A DNA stretch of 64,000 nt from Anaerolineae bacterium. GTDB lineage: Bacteria; Chloroflexota; Anaerolineae; B4-G1; SLSP01. The stretch spans positions 6,934-70,933 of the forward strand of contig DAOUGD010000123.1 of assembly GCA_034429475.1 (NCBI GenBank). Reading direction: 5' to 3'. Positions within the stretch are counted from its first letter, which is position 1; every line of letters starts with the position of its first letter. Positions 1 to 10,491 of the stretch are shown here, one piece after another. The translations under genes were made by a program, and so were the position numbers. The notes beneath the pieces are model-generated. The model was not told the origin of the DNA, did not search any database, and saw only the letters and a program-made list of their open reading frames with translations.

Positions 1-2865
1 CATGGCGGTATTGGCGTACACGCTGAAATAGTTGTTGCCAATGGGGTTCGTGGGGACGTCCAGTGTGCCGCAGTTGACCAACATCACTTCACTGTCGGCG
101 TCAATCGTGAACGCGCTGGCGTCGTAGGTGATCTTGCCGCCGACGACGACCACCGTCGGGGCTACGGCACCCATATCGCCGATCAGCGGCGCAGGGCCGT
201 CGTTGTTCACACCGCCGGTCCAGCCGTTCTCGCTCCACAATTGCATCCCCATTCTGTCAATGCGCCCGGCAGACGGGAAGGCGGTCGTAGGACACTTGAT
301 TTGCTGGCAAACGCCGCTGCGCGTGGGGAACGTGTCGCCGGAGCAGGCCGTGATGCGCACGCGGTAGGTGAACGTGAGGTTGGCGACCTGGGGTGAACAG
401 AACTCCCCGCCGCCAAGACACGTATAGATCGTCATTTGCGGTCCCAGATAGGTCAGCGCCAGCGCGTAGGGGACGTACCCGGCGGTGAAGGTGCCGCTGG
501 TCAGCCGCACGCTGCCTTCGGGAATGGCCGTATCCGTCGGGTTCACGTTGCTCTTCACCGGCCTGAAGACGCCGCTCGCGCCCCGGTAAGCCGGCCCGGA
601 GAGGTACAACTGCCCCGCAAAGCCGCGCGCATAGTCGTAGGTGCCTGGAACGGGATTTCTCCCGTTATCCTGGTGATTGTGGTCCAGAATGTCAATGTCC
701 ACGCGGGCATGGCTCCCGGAGGGTAAGTTGATATTCCACAGGGTCAGCGGATTGTGAGTATCGAAGCCGTCGCCGTTCCAGTAGTAGGTGATCACGGTAC
801 TGCTGTTGATAGGAACGGAGAGGTCAGCCTTTTCGCCAACCAGGCGGATGTCGTAGCCGCTGGATGGGGCGCTGGTGGTATTGGGCGGGACGCGCAGCCG
901 GTATTCCTGTCCCGCTGCGTCGCGCCCGTTCAAGAGGATGTAGCTCAAGCCTCCGGCTTGAGGCGGATCCATCGTCTGCGCCGTATCCGTCGTGTCATAG
1001 AGGTCCAGCAGCACGCTGCCGCCCAGGTTCTGACCGTACAGGTCGTTGTAATTCGTCGGCGGGTTTGGCCCGAAAGTCCCGCCCAGACCGCGCGCCACCG
1101 CCGCCTGCCAGTGACTCGGCAGGGCTTGCAGGCGGTACTCGTGATCTACGTGGAAATAGGGATCGTTGCTGAGGGGATTGCTCAAGCCGCCGGCGATGCC
1201 GGTGATCAACTGCCCTTCGTTCAGGGTAGGCCCTGAATAGATCACCACCAGCCGGATACCGCCGCGCGGTGGGGGGGTGTACTCGCCGGTTTCCCCGGTG
1301 TAAAAGGCCTCGACGTCGCGCAGATCGTCTTTGGTGAACTGATCGGCCACGTAGAACCCGCCGCAATCCGGGCGCGACCAATCGCTGCAAAACTCGGTTG
1401 TCTGGCGTACGATGACGCCGTAATTGGTGCCGCCTGGGTTCAGTGCCGTCGGCGCCCAGGCCTGCGCCAGAGTGGTTACGTCCCACGTCACCGAGTCAAA
1501 GCTTTCCAGGTCGCCCCGGCTGTAGGAGAGCGTCGAGTCGCCGATGACGGAGAGCGCGGTGGCGTCATACTGCGGCGGCGTGGAGCCGCTGCTGATCCAG
1601 GTATCGTTGCTCAAGGCGTAGGCTGCCGCGCCTACGGTCATATAGTTGCGCGTGGTGTAGTTGATGTCGGTCGGCGCCAGCACCAGGTAGGCATTGTTGA
1701 TGACCGTGTTGGGCGGCATCATCGGCAGGGCGAACTTGACCATGATGCGCGCCACCCCGTCGAGGAACTGCCCCAGTTCCGGCGTGGTCACATTGTCGTT
1801 GCCCCAAAAGCTCCCGTCATTGTGATACCGGGCGCGCCGGACGACGGTGCCGGTGCGCACCTGGAACACCGGATCGAGCACGACCGGATACTGGCGGTCG
1901 GCGGCGGCGAGCCACTCGCAGGGGATGCGCGCCGCGAGTTCGACTGTACTGGCGTCGGCCCCGGCGGCCAGAGTGTAGCTGCCCTCGACGCGCGCGGCGG
2001 GGTTGCCTTCCTCGTAAGCCGACGGGGGTTGCAGCCAGAGCGTCTCGCCCTGCGCGTTCACAAAGGCCAGCTCGTCGCGGGTTTCCAGCGGCAGCTCCGC
2101 CGGATCGAGCGGCCGGCCGTTAAGCTGAAGCTGTGTGCCGGGGAAGAGGTGCAAGGTGACGCGCAAGTCCACAAACCCCGACCGGCTTCCGAACCCGGTC
2201 AGGGCTTTCGCTATTTTCAGGCTGTACGCCGCCTGCCCGTAGGCACTTTCCCACCGATCTTGCAGCGCGGTGTCGCTCCAACTGCCGGCATAAGTCACAG
2301 TGCGCGCGTCCGCGCTGAGTGTGCCGGTGAGCGCGTCCGCGTCGGGCAGCGGCGTCGCCAGGGACGTGACCTGCCCGGCGGCGTTCACAACTTCTAATGC
2401 ACGCGGTTCCCATCCCACGCCGGATTGATTTATCGTGAGGTTAGCCTTACTGCTGCGCGGCGACAGGCCGGTGTTGATGGCGTTGGTCGTGTTGACCCAG
2501 CCATTTGCGACGGCAGTAAAGGCGGGGTCAATGCGCTGCCACGCGCCGTCGGCATCCTGATAGTGCATCGGGTGTGAGTCCTGCACGACCATGGTGCGTC
2601 CGTCGCCCAGGTCGAAGGTGGCGCTGTCGGCGGTGCGGTCGGCTACTCTTTCGGTTGTGTCGGCGGCAGTGGCGGGCTGTGTGTCCGCCAGGGGTGCTTC
2701 GGAAATGGCGGTGGGCGATGCCGGAACAACGGTGGGTATCGGTTGAGGCGGTCCGGCGGAGATCAGCGGCGGGGACGCGGGTCGCGTTGCGGCGTCCCCG
2801 CCCGTCGCTGGCGCATAGGGCGCGCTGCTCGTCAAGAGGCCCAACGCCAGGATGAACTGGCTCAT
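1..2865 (-). CDS. large secreted protein, partial (C-terminus lies beyond window start); N-terminal signal peptide MSQFILALGLLTSSAPYAPA
   Basis: Own translation of the minus-strand frame (codon tops = 0 mod 3) is uninterrupted and protein-like from ATG at 2865-2863 down to position 1 (ends ...NNYFSVYANTAM at the edge). The minus-strand ORFs listed in the track here (995..1486, 1565..1807, 2120..2413) are Arg-rich alternate-frame artefacts. The track omits edge-truncated ORFs. Confidence 0.6.
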   Translation of the reverse strand, partial: MSQFILALGLLTSSAPYAPATGGDAATRPASPPLISAGPPQPIPTVVPASPTAISEAPLADTQPATAADTTERVADRTADSATFDLGDGRTMVVQDSHPMHYQDADGAWQRIDPAFTAVANGWVNTTNAINTGLSPRSSKANLTINQSGVGWEPRALEVVNAAGQVTSLATPLPDADALTGTLSADARTVTYAGSWSDTALQDRWESAYGQAAYSLKIAKALTGFGSRSGFVDLRVTLHLFPGTQLQLNGRPLDPAELPLETRDELAFVNAQGETLWLQPPSAYEEGNPAARVEGSYTLAAGADASTVELAARIPCEWLAAADRQYPVVLDPVFQVRTGTVVRRARYHNDGSFWGNDNVTTPELGQFLDGVARIMVKFALPMMPPNTVINNAYLVLAPTDINYTTRNYMTVGAAAYALSNDTWISSGSTPPQYDATALSVIGDSTLSYSRGDLESFDSVTWDVTTLAQAWAPTALNPGGTNYGVIVRQTTEFCSDWSRPDCGGFYVADQFTKDDLRDVEAFYTGETGEYTPPPRGGIRLVVIYSGPTLNEGQLITGIAGGLSNPLSNDPYFHVDHEYRLQALPSHWQAAVARGLGGTFGPNPPTNYNDLYGQNLGGSVLLDLYDTTDTAQTMDPPQAGGLSYILLNGRDAAGQEYRLRVPPNTTSAPSSGYDIRLVGEKADLSVPINSSTVITYYWNGDGFDTHNPLTLWNINLPSGSHARVDIDILDHNHQDNGRNPVPGTYDYARGFAGQLYLSGPAYRGASGVFRPVKSNVNPTDTAIPEGSVRLTSGTFTAGYVPYALALTYLGPQMTIYTCLGGGEFCSPQVANLTFTYRVRITACSGDTFPTRSGVCQQIKCPTTAFPSAGRIDRMGMQLWSENGWTGGVNNDGPAPLIGDMGAVAPTVVVVGGKITYDASAFTIDADSEVMLVNCGTLDVPTNPIGNNYFSVYANTAM

Positions 2866-3113
2866 TACTCGTAACCAATAACGCACGGGAAATGTTTGCT
2901 GAGTCAAGGTACCCTCCTTTGCTCATACAATAGGGGAACATGGGAAATAGGCGATAAAGGTTTTTTTTGCGTGCGCGACATAACCGCGCGCAAAAGGACT
3001 TCCTTATTCTCCTTCTTCAATCGTCAGACGGCAACCTGAGTTATGCAGATTAGTTTCTTAAAGTCCATTACTCAGCGGCTTTTGAGTGCTCATTGCAGCG
3101 ACTCCGGCTATGT

Positions 3114-3512
3114 CTACGGCGCAGGGAACAGGGCTTTTTCGATGGCATCGGTCATGCCAAAAAAGTACGGCATGATCCCACTAGGGGCAATGGTAAAGAC
3201 TTGTTTTTTACCTGCGGTATCGGGCGCTTTCAGACCAATACGGCGCAGCCGAACCCCTTCCAGTTTGACAGAACTGCGCGCATCATGCAAGACGTAACCG
3301 GCGCTGATGTTTGCTGGAAACAATTCTGGATACTTGGCGATCATTCCGTCCAGCCAGTTTCGGTAAGCTTGGCAATCATCCACGATTTCATTGTACTCCT
3401 CCGGTTCGATTGGCAGCGTTATTCTCTTTTGCGGTCGGGCGACTTTTGCCTTGATTTTGGGAGGCTCTCGTTGAGGTATCCTGGCTATTCTCCTGGCTGA
3501 GTTGTAACCCAA
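3114..3512 (-). CDS. hypothetical protein in a low-GC (about 50%) patch; possibly a foreign gene fragment
   Basis: 132-aa ORF with normal amino-acid composition and a basic N-terminus; surrounding 2.95-3.59 kb is markedly lower in GC than its neighbours. Confidence 0.4.
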   Translation of the reverse strand: MGYNSARRIARIPQREPPKIKAKVARPQKRITLPIEPEEYNEIVDDCQAYRNWLDGMIAKYPELFPANISAGYVLHDARSSVKLEGVRLRRIGLKAPDTAGKKQVFTIAPSGIMPYFFGMTDAIEKALFPAP

Positions 3513-3586
3513 TCATCCTCACTTTCTGTCAAACTACAAATTCCGTCAGAATCAGCATTTTGTATCTCCTTGTTTTTGCGGGCAAT

Positions 3587-4537
3587 TCACACCGTGATAA
3601 CGACGTTGCCTTTTTTATGTCCTTGCCCGACATAGCGGTGCGCTTCAGCGATCTGTTCGAGCGGATAGCATCTATCTATGACCGGTTTTATCTTCCCCGC
3701 TTCAATCAACTCTGTGAGGAAGTCCAGATCTTTGACCTTCGCACTTGACGGCCTCAAACCCGTTGCCGCAAACTTTACCTTTTTCCCGCCGCGTTTTGCA
3801 GTCCACAATGCTTGAAGCATCATTGCCGGCGTAGGGACCGTCGCAAGATAGATGCCTTCATCCGTCAGCGAATCTTTGCACGCCGCAAACGAACGCTTGC
3901 CGACCGTGTCAAAAATAATGTCGTAGGACTTGCCGTTTTCGGTAAAATCCTCCTGGGTGTAATCAATCACCTGATCGGCGCCCAAAGATTTGACCCATTC
4001 CAAATTCGCGGTACTGCATACTCCGGTCACCTCCGCCTCGTAGTATTTAGCCAGTTGTACCGCTGCAATGCCAACAGACCCAGAAGCGCCGTAGATCAGC
4101 ACGGTTTGTCCACTCTGGATCTTGCCCTTATCTCTCAGAAAAGGCAGTGCGGTTAAGGCTCCATTCGGAATGCTGGCGGCTTCGTCATAGCTCAGATTGA
4201 CTGGCTTGATAGCCAGCCCCCCATTTTCAGGCATACATTTGTATTCAGCATACGCGCCGAACGAGTCAATGCCGAATACCTGGTCGCCTGGTCGAAAGTG
4301 GGTCACGCGGCTGCCAACTGCTTCAATCACCCCGGCCAACTCTTGCCCCAGGATCGGATGTTTGGGTTTCAGGAATCCATTAAAACCTGGGGAAGCCCTC
4401 ATGTCTGGGTCTTCTTTTACGACGGTTGTCGCATGTATTTTTATCAGCACCTCATGCGCTTTAGGGGTGGGCTTTTCCACCTCTTGGAGTCGAAGAACCT
4501 CTGGCGGGCCAAATTTCGTGTAAACAACCGCTTTCAT
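3587..4537 (-). CDS. zinc-binding alcohol dehydrogenase / quinone oxidoreductase (MDR superfamily)
   Basis: 316 aa; start [15 protein letters not shown]; Rossmann motif [15 protein letters not shown]; typical MDR length and layout. Confidence 0.9.
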   Translation of the reverse strand: MKAVVYTKFGPPEVLRLQEVEKPTPKAHEVLIKIHATTVVKEDPDMRASPGFNGFLKPKHPILGQELAGVIEAVGSRVTHFRPGDQVFGIDSFGAYAEYKCMPENGGLAIKPVNLSYDEAASIPNGALTALPFLRDKGKIQSGQTVLIYGASGSVGIAAVQLAKYYEAEVTGVCSTANLEWVKSLGADQVIDYTQEDFTENGKSYDIIFDTVGKRSFAACKDSLTDEGIYLATVPTPAMMLQALWTAKRGGKKVKFAATGLRPSSAKVKDLDFLTELIEAGKIKPVIDRCYPLEQIAEAHRYVGQGHKKGNVVITV

Positions 4538-4638
4538 GTCATCCTCCAGGATTACTTTTTAAAATTAGGGGATTGAGAGTCAATCTCTCCAATACTCTTG
4601 CTTGCTGTTGAAACTTGAAGTCGAAGAGGTTGTAGGTA

Positions 4639-5298
4639 CTACGCTGCCCGGCTTGGATTACTGCGCAGCAACGCGATCCCTAGCCAGACAAACCAGACGA
4701 TCTGTCCCAGACCAAAGAGGCCGGTGAAATCGGTCATCGCAGGGATGATCGTGATGATGCCCACCGCGCCAACCAATAGGCCGAGGACATTCAAGGCTTT
4801 GGGAAACCCGCCAGACCGCAGCGCAGACAGACTGACCAACAGTGTCCAGATGCCGCCGAGGATTTCGCCGTTGGCATTGCCCAACCCGTTGGTCACGGCT
4901 TCAATGCCTTGCCAGGTCAACGCCGCCTGGACCGGGTCTTTAGCATAAAGTGGAACAATCATAGCCAGCCCGGCATTTGCGACCATGCCGCTGGCAATCA
5001 GCGAACCGGCCCAGATGATCCCAACCGCAGTTGCCACTTGCATGAGCGCCGGCGCGCCGGACTTCAGCCGGTCATACAACGCCAGCGAAAGGACGAGCAG
5101 CGCAAAGCCAAAAAAAACGTACATGAGCAGGTTGGTTGAAAAGATGACTGTCTGCTTTTCGACATTCAGGGTAACTTTTTGAGCCGGGTCGGTGAGGCTG
5201 AGATAGTCCAGGACGGCGATAAAAGTAATGATTCCGATCAGGTGAGCAATTGCCATGTACAGCGCGGCGAAACCGCCAAATTTTTGCAGGGTTTTCAT
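4639..5298 (-). CDS. DUF4386-like integral membrane protein
   Basis: Start refined to internal ATG (MKTLQKFGGF) preceded by GGAGAAAAC; multiple hydrophobic helices; ORF track gives a longer 4639..5526 version. Confidence 0.65.
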   Translation of the reverse strand: MKTLQKFGGFAALYMAIAHLIGIITFIAVLDYLSLTDPAQKVTLNVEKQTVIFSTNLLMYVFFGFALLVLSLALYDRLKSGAPALMQVATAVGIIWAGSLIASGMVANAGLAMIVPLYAKDPVQAALTWQGIEAVTNGLGNANGEILGGIWTLLVSLSALRSGGFPKALNVLGLLVGAVGIITIIPAMTDFTGLFGLGQIVWFVWLGIALLRSNPSRAA

Positions 5299-5494
5299 GT
5301 TTTCTCCATTTTCAAACGACATTGTGTTTTGTGTCATCGGTATTTTGTCCAATCTATTGTTTTGAGAAGCTAACCAATTCATGACAGTGCGAGAAACAAT
5401 AGTCCGATACAGAATTGACCAGAAAGAAGGTTGTGGGTTATCCATCATTTTTTCTATCCTTTCCGTCTCAATCAGACCGCGCCCAACTGTTTTA

Positions 5495-5905
5495 TCAGGC
5501 TTCAACGTTGCGCCATTTCCAGGCAAACCCGATGATCAGGAGCAGGCACAGGGTCTCGATGCTGGCGATGAAGATGTAGTGGGGATAGGACGACATTCCG
5601 CCCCAGATATAGGCAATGGTGACGAGGCTCACGATGATATTGGCCCAGCGATTGATGCCGTACTTCAACACACGGGACAGGATGATCATGGCAATGGCGA
5701 GATTCCCCATCACCGCGCCGATCAACATCAGCTGGGGAATGGATGCGCCAGCGCTGGCTGAGAATTTCGCCAATTCATCTGTCACGCCAGGGATGAACAG
5801 CGAAAGAATGTCCGCTTTCAGCATGTTGATCATGACAATGACCCACAGGGTTGAAAGCAAAGTCTTTATGTCGATTTTCTTGGCAGGATGTACTTCTGTG
5901 TTCAT
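5495..5905 (-). CDS. DUF6326-like small membrane protein
   Basis: 136 aa, 4 predicted TM helices; stop overlaps the start region of the upstream gene (operon). Confidence 0.6.
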   Translation of the reverse strand: MNTEVHPAKKIDIKTLLSTLWVIVMINMLKADILSLFIPGVTDELAKFSASAGASIPQLMLIGAVMGNLAIAMIILSRVLKYGINRWANIIVSLVTIAYIWGGMSSYPHYIFIASIETLCLLLIIGFAWKWRNVEA

Positions 5906-6159
5906 TATTCTCCTTTCTTTTGTTCCACTTGAATGATCGAAACCAATGGCATACCCAGGTCACGTATTTTTTTAAGCAGTCCATGCAATGCGGCCTGGTC
6001 AATCACCGGGCCGGTTAGCAATGTATCGCCGTCCGCTTCCAGCGTGATGGTCAGATCTTCAAACCAGTCTGCCCATTGGCTATCCAGATGGCCTTTGAGC
6101 CTGATCTGGTAGACCATAGGCTGAACTGAATCAGGCGGCGCAGTGAGTTTGCTTGACAT
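5905..6159 (-). CDS. conserved small hypothetical protein (MVYQIRLKGHLDSQWADWFEDL...)
   Basis: 84-aa ORF with protein-like composition; alternative start at internal ATG 6117; same operon as flanking membrane proteins. Confidence 0.5.
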   Translation of the reverse strand: MSSKLTAPPDSVQPMVYQIRLKGHLDSQWADWFEDLTITLEADGDTLLTGPVIDQAALHGLLKKIRDLGMPLVSIIQVEQKKGE

Positions 6160-6173
6160 TCGTTCGTGTCCGT

Positions 6174-6380
6174 TTAGGCGACGACATGCTTTGATATCAC
6201 CAAAGATAACGAAAAGAACACATTAATAGCCCGAACAGCGACTATTAACTCTGTCGCCTCGGCATCAATGTAAGAATACCAATTCCATGCTTGGGGAACG
6301 AAGAAATGCCATATACCAAAACCAATCGAAGCCGTGCTACCCATTGTTACTAGAACTTTAGCGAATTGATTCATCATCAC
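6174..6380 (-). CDS. small two-TM membrane protein
   Basis: 68 aa, two hydrophobic helices, low-GC patch directly downstream of the LuxR-family gene. Confidence 0.4.
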   Translation of the reverse strand: MMMNQFAKVLVTMGSTASIGFGIWHFFVPQAWNWYSYIDAEATELIVAVRAINVFFSLSLVISKHVVA

Positions 6381-6539
6381 ACATCCTGGAAAGATCTGTG
6401 TATGTCTAAGTCACTTGCTCAAGACACAAGTAATATACCAGCACCCCAGTGTTGTTGTATAGACACTTTGGTGTTGGTTGGAGGTGTTGTTTTTTTGAGT
6501 GAGTGAAGGGAAAATGTTGGGGAATACGAAAACTTGACG

Positions 6540-9185
6540 TTACAGCAAGCCCAGCTCGCGGGCGCGGGCGATGGCTTCGGTGCGGCGTTGCACCTGTAGT
6601 TTGTCGAAGATTCTGCGGTTGTGCCCTTTGACCGTGTCCAGGGCCAGGAAAAGCCGTTCGCCGATCTCCCGGTTTGAGAGTCCCCGGTCAATCAGCTTCA
6701 GTATTTCTAACTCGCGTTGGCTCAATGGCTCAAGCAGTGCGAGTTTTGGATCCCCAACTCTCGATGGTGGCGTGGTTGGCGGTGGCTCAAACGCGGCAAG
6801 GAGTTTATCCACATAACCGAGCCGTTTACGATCATAGCCGTGCAATTGCTTCTCAAGCACCAAGCGAAAATCAGAAATCATCAATCGCATTGGCTCGCCT
6901 TCATCCACAAAGAGGCGGATAAAGCCCCCCGGTTCCGCCAGTGCCAAGGCTTCGCCAAGCAAATCTAGGGCCTTTTTCTTGTCGCCACATACATAAAGTG
7001 CGACCGCCTGCAGAACTATCGCCTTTAGCTGCTCATCCACCCAACCGTGGGCTGCCATCTGTTGACGGTACGACTCCAACATCGCCAGCGCCGTAAAAGG
7101 ATCATCCTGGGCTATGAGCACGCGTGCCTGGGTGAGCGGGAGTTCATACTGCCGGGCCAATTGAGCAGCTACGGCCAGATTATCCTGGCGAAGCAAGATG
7201 CGCACCTGTAAAGTAACAATGTCATGTATTCTCTGTACAAAGTTTTGCTGGCGCGCGGATTGCTCAACCTTCTCCAATATGTCGGCTGCGCCAGAAATGT
7301 CTCCCCGGGCAAGTTTCAGGCGGGCAAGAAATACCTCACAGTTAACGAATCTATCAACTGTGCGATCGTACTGCCGCGCCAATTCAAGACTCTGTTGAGC
7401 GTAGTGTTCTGATGCGTCCAGATCGTTCCATTCGAAGTATATGCGGGCAAGGCCAATATACTCTTGATCAGCATTGGGAGGTCCCTGATCACTGAGCAGT
7501 TGCAAGGAGGAGCGGTAGCTTTCGGCTGCTTGGTAAAGTTGGTTTTCCGCTTCCTGTATGTTGCCCAGTCCGGTTATAGCCGACACAGTGAGATGGATAT
7601 TCCCGGGTGCCTGCCTGATAGAACTGGCTTTGGCATAGGCCTGACGCGCATCGGTCCGATTTCCCTGAAGTTGGTAAGCAAACCCCAGCGTTCGGAGAGC
7701 TCTACTGCAGAAAGGCAGGTTTTCGGGGTGCAGATACTCCAAGGCTCGGCGCGCTTGGATGATTATGGCTTCTGGCTGGTATCGAGCAAGCGCCAACGTA
7801 GCTCTTAGAGCGGCAATTTGTCCCATCAGGTCGCGGGTATTGCCATCGGGATCAGTATTTTGTATGGCTTTTTCAGCCGCTTGAAGTTTCTCTTCGACAC
7901 CGGTTGTCTGTCCAGCGTTTAGTTCCAACAGGGCAGACATCACCCACAACCACGGTCTGGCATCCAATAAGGCCTTTGGTAACAGATCCAGCCAGTCGAG
8001 TACGGTGGTTACCGCGGCACGTGAGTGCAGGGGAATCTGGCCTCCTGTGATTAGGCGCTCGGCGCGCTCGACATCATTGGCAGCAGTGGCATGGTGAAAG
8101 GCTTCAAACCCCAGTCCATTGTCTTCATACCATTGGCTGGCACGAACGTGGAATACGGCCACGTCGCTATCCTGCTGCAAGCGTTGTCGGAGCAGATCGG
8201 CAAAGAGCTGATGATAGCGGTACCAACGCCGCGCGTTGTCCAGGGGCACAACGAACAGGTTGGCATGTTCGAGGTATTCCAGAGTTTCTTGACCTGGGGA
8301 ATCGGGAAAAACCGCTTCACACAGAGGGCCGCACAGGCGACCGAGGATAGATGTGCGCAACAGGAAAGCTTGAATATCTTCAGACTGTTGGGTTAAGACT
8401 TCTTCCATCAGATAATCCAGCACGAAACGGTGGCTTCCGGTGAACGAGTGGATGAAGCCGGCAGTATCTGAATGGCCCTGCATAGAAATCGCAGCCAATT
8501 GCAGGCCGGCAATCCAGCCTTCAGTGCGATTTTCCAACGCCGCAATCTCTGCGGCAGAGAGGTTGAGAGCCATCACCCGGTTGAGAAACTCGGCGGCTTC
8601 AGCGGGCGTGAAGCGCAGATCGGCGGCGCGCAGTTCGTTCAATTGGCCACGGGCGCGCAAGCGGGCCAACGAGAGACGTGGATCCTCACGGGTGGCGATG
8701 ACCAGGTGCATCTGCGATGGTTGGTGTTCGACGAGAAAGACCAGGGATCGATCAACTGGTTGAGAATCAATCGCGTGGTAGTCATCGAGGACGAGGAGAA
8801 AGGGATCGGAGATGACGGCAATGTCGTTGAGCAAGGAAGTCAAAACCGCTTCGGCGTGCAGCGGTTGAGGGGATTGGAGTGCGGGCAACAACCCTTCACC
8901 AATTCCCGCCTTGATCGTCTGTAACGCTGCGATCAGGTAAGCGAGGAAACGCGCCGGATCGCTGTCCCCTTCATCCAGCGACACCCAGGCAACCGGCCTG
9001 CCACAACCCGCGGTCCATTCGCTGACCAGTGTGGTTTTGCCAAAACCAGCAGCGGCGGAGATGAGCGTCAGCTTACAGCCCCGCGCCAGCCCTTCATTCA
9101 ACCGCTCGCTCAGGCGCGGGCGTGAGACAACGCCAGGCCGAGGCGAAGGGATATACAGTTTCGTGGCTAAAATCAGCGCAGGCAT
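6540..9185 (-). CDS. LuxR-family transcriptional regulator, large ATP-binding type (LAL / MalT-like)
   Basis: Start MPALILATKLYIPSPR typical of MalT-like proteins; Walker A AAGFGKTT; TPR-like middle region; C-terminal LuxR HTH (LSQRELEILKLIDRGLSNREIGERLFLALDTVKGH). Confidence 0.9.
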   Translation of the reverse strand: MPALILATKLYIPSPRPGVVSRPRLSERLNEGLARGCKLTLISAAAGFGKTTLVSEWTAGCGRPVAWVSLDEGDSDPARFLAYLIAALQTIKAGIGEGLLPALQSPQPLHAEAVLTSLLNDIAVISDPFLLVLDDYHAIDSQPVDRSLVFLVEHQPSQMHLVIATREDPRLSLARLRARGQLNELRAADLRFTPAEAAEFLNRVMALNLSAAEIAALENRTEGWIAGLQLAAISMQGHSDTAGFIHSFTGSHRFVLDYLMEEVLTQQSEDIQAFLLRTSILGRLCGPLCEAVFPDSPGQETLEYLEHANLFVVPLDNARRWYRYHQLFADLLRQRLQQDSDVAVFHVRASQWYEDNGLGFEAFHHATAANDVERAERLITGGQIPLHSRAAVTTVLDWLDLLPKALLDARPWLWVMSALLELNAGQTTGVEEKLQAAEKAIQNTDPDGNTRDLMGQIAALRATLALARYQPEAIIIQARRALEYLHPENLPFCSRALRTLGFAYQLQGNRTDARQAYAKASSIRQAPGNIHLTVSAITGLGNIQEAENQLYQAAESYRSSLQLLSDQGPPNADQEYIGLARIYFEWNDLDASEHYAQQSLELARQYDRTVDRFVNCEVFLARLKLARGDISGAADILEKVEQSARQQNFVQRIHDIVTLQVRILLRQDNLAVAAQLARQYELPLTQARVLIAQDDPFTALAMLESYRQQMAAHGWVDEQLKAIVLQAVALYVCGDKKKALDLLGEALALAEPGGFIRLFVDEGEPMRLMISDFRLVLEKQLHGYDRKRLGYVDKLLAAFEPPPTTPPSRVGDPKLALLEPLSQRELEILKLIDRGLSNREIGERLFLALDTVKGHNRRIFDKLQVQRRTEAIARARELGLL

Positions 9186-9325
9186 AGGGGCAAGTATATA
9201 GCACATCCCCAAAACGGCCAAACGTCACGCATTCTTTCGCGTAAAATGTTACCGAAGGTACTATGGTTCTACCAAAAGAGAATGTTACCGGAGGAGAGCC
9301 ATGAGCGACGAGGTACAAATGACGA

Positions 9326-10012
9326 TTGATGAACGAAAGTAACGGGGTAGAATCAGGTATGCCGCCATTTGTCATCCAACCTTTTCAGCCACAGCAGACC
9401 GACACCGTGCTGCGCATCGCGGCCGATACGGCGTTCTTTGGGGCACCGGTCGAAACTTTCCTGGAAGATCGGCGCTTGTTCTGCGATGCTTTTTACCGGT
9501 ACTATACGACTTTTGAAACGCCGTCCAGTTGGATGGCCCTGGCTGCTAATGATGTGGTGGGGTTTTTGATGGGGTGTCGCGATTCTCGCCGGCAAGCCCG
9601 CCGCTGGGTGCGCCACATTCTGCCAGTCGTCCTGAGCAACGCGCTGCGGGGGCGGTATCGCTTGGGAAGGCAAACCTGGCGCTATGTGCGGGGACTCGTC
9701 AATATGGGGCTCTGGGAGGGAATACCCCATGTGGATTTGACGCGTTACCCGGCGCACCTCCATATCAATGTGGCCGCCAACTGGCGGGGGCAAGGCATTG
9801 GCCGGCAGTTGCTCCAGGCTTACCTGGCACAGTTGCACCAGGAGCATTGTCCTGGGGTGCATTTGAATACCACCGATCACAACCGTGCCGCTTGTCATTT
9901 GTATGAGACCAGCGGTTTCCAACTGCTGGCAGCCGGCACAACGCACCTCTGGGCGCCTTGGGGCGCCGACCTAGTGGAGTTTCGGTGTTATGGATTACAA
10001 TTAAGCGTATGA
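9326..10012 (+). CDS. GNAT family N-acetyltransferase
   Basis: Acetyl-CoA binding-like segment NWRGQGIGRQLLQAYL; start uncertain (alternative ATG at 9359). Confidence 0.65.
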   Translation: MMNESNGVESGMPPFVIQPFQPQQTDTVLRIAADTAFFGAPVETFLEDRRLFCDAFYRYYTTFETPSSWMALAANDVVGFLMGCRDSRRQARRWVRHILPVVLSNALRGRYRLGRQTWRYVRGLVNMGLWEGIPHVDLTRYPAHLHINVAANWRGQGIGRQLLQAYLAQLHQEHCPGVHLNTTDHNRAACHLYETSGFQLLAAGTTHLWAPWGADLVEFRCYGLQLSV

Positions 10013-10491
10013 GCGGTTTCCTGGCCTTCTCATTCACCGTTTAGCGCCGCGCCGCCGCAAGGGCCGGGTAAGGAGTCGGCGATGTTCCAGGCGTCGTCGC
10101 CGCGTTGCTGCTGGCCTGCAAAAGTATACTGGTCACCATCCCTGGCAACCTTCTCAAAAAGAGGAAACGAATGAACAAGCGCCAACCTCTGACGATGATT
10201 TCGGCGGTAGGCGGCGTGTCCTACACTTCCAGAATCTCGGCCGAAAGCGGGAAGGCGAACACCATTAACCAGTGCTACCCGAGGTCAAATGCAACCCCCT
10301 GGCTATGTGCTGGAAGGGCGATAGTCACCCGCTGTAGGGTTGCATTTGCCTCAACCGGTTTTATACTCAAACCGTCGCAGAAAAACCGCGCGACTTTGTG
10401 GATCAGGAGGCAGAAATGAACTCATTATTCGGAAATCGGCGTAAGGTCAACCATTTAGCAAAGATATTTCTGGGTGTTGAAAGGACTGGAT

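Noticed and set aside
2955-2995. Hairpin TTTTGCGTGCGCG...CGCGCGCAAAA as a rho-independent terminator
   Set aside because: The T-run pairs with the A-run inside the stem and no free U-tract follows on either strand. More likely a promoter-region structure. Not called.
10013-10491. Riboswitch (B12, SAM, TPP) in the long leader before the nitroreductase gene
   Set aside because: No B12 box, SAM-I kink-turn core or TPP CUGAGA motif could be located by eye. Only the generic hairpin is reported.
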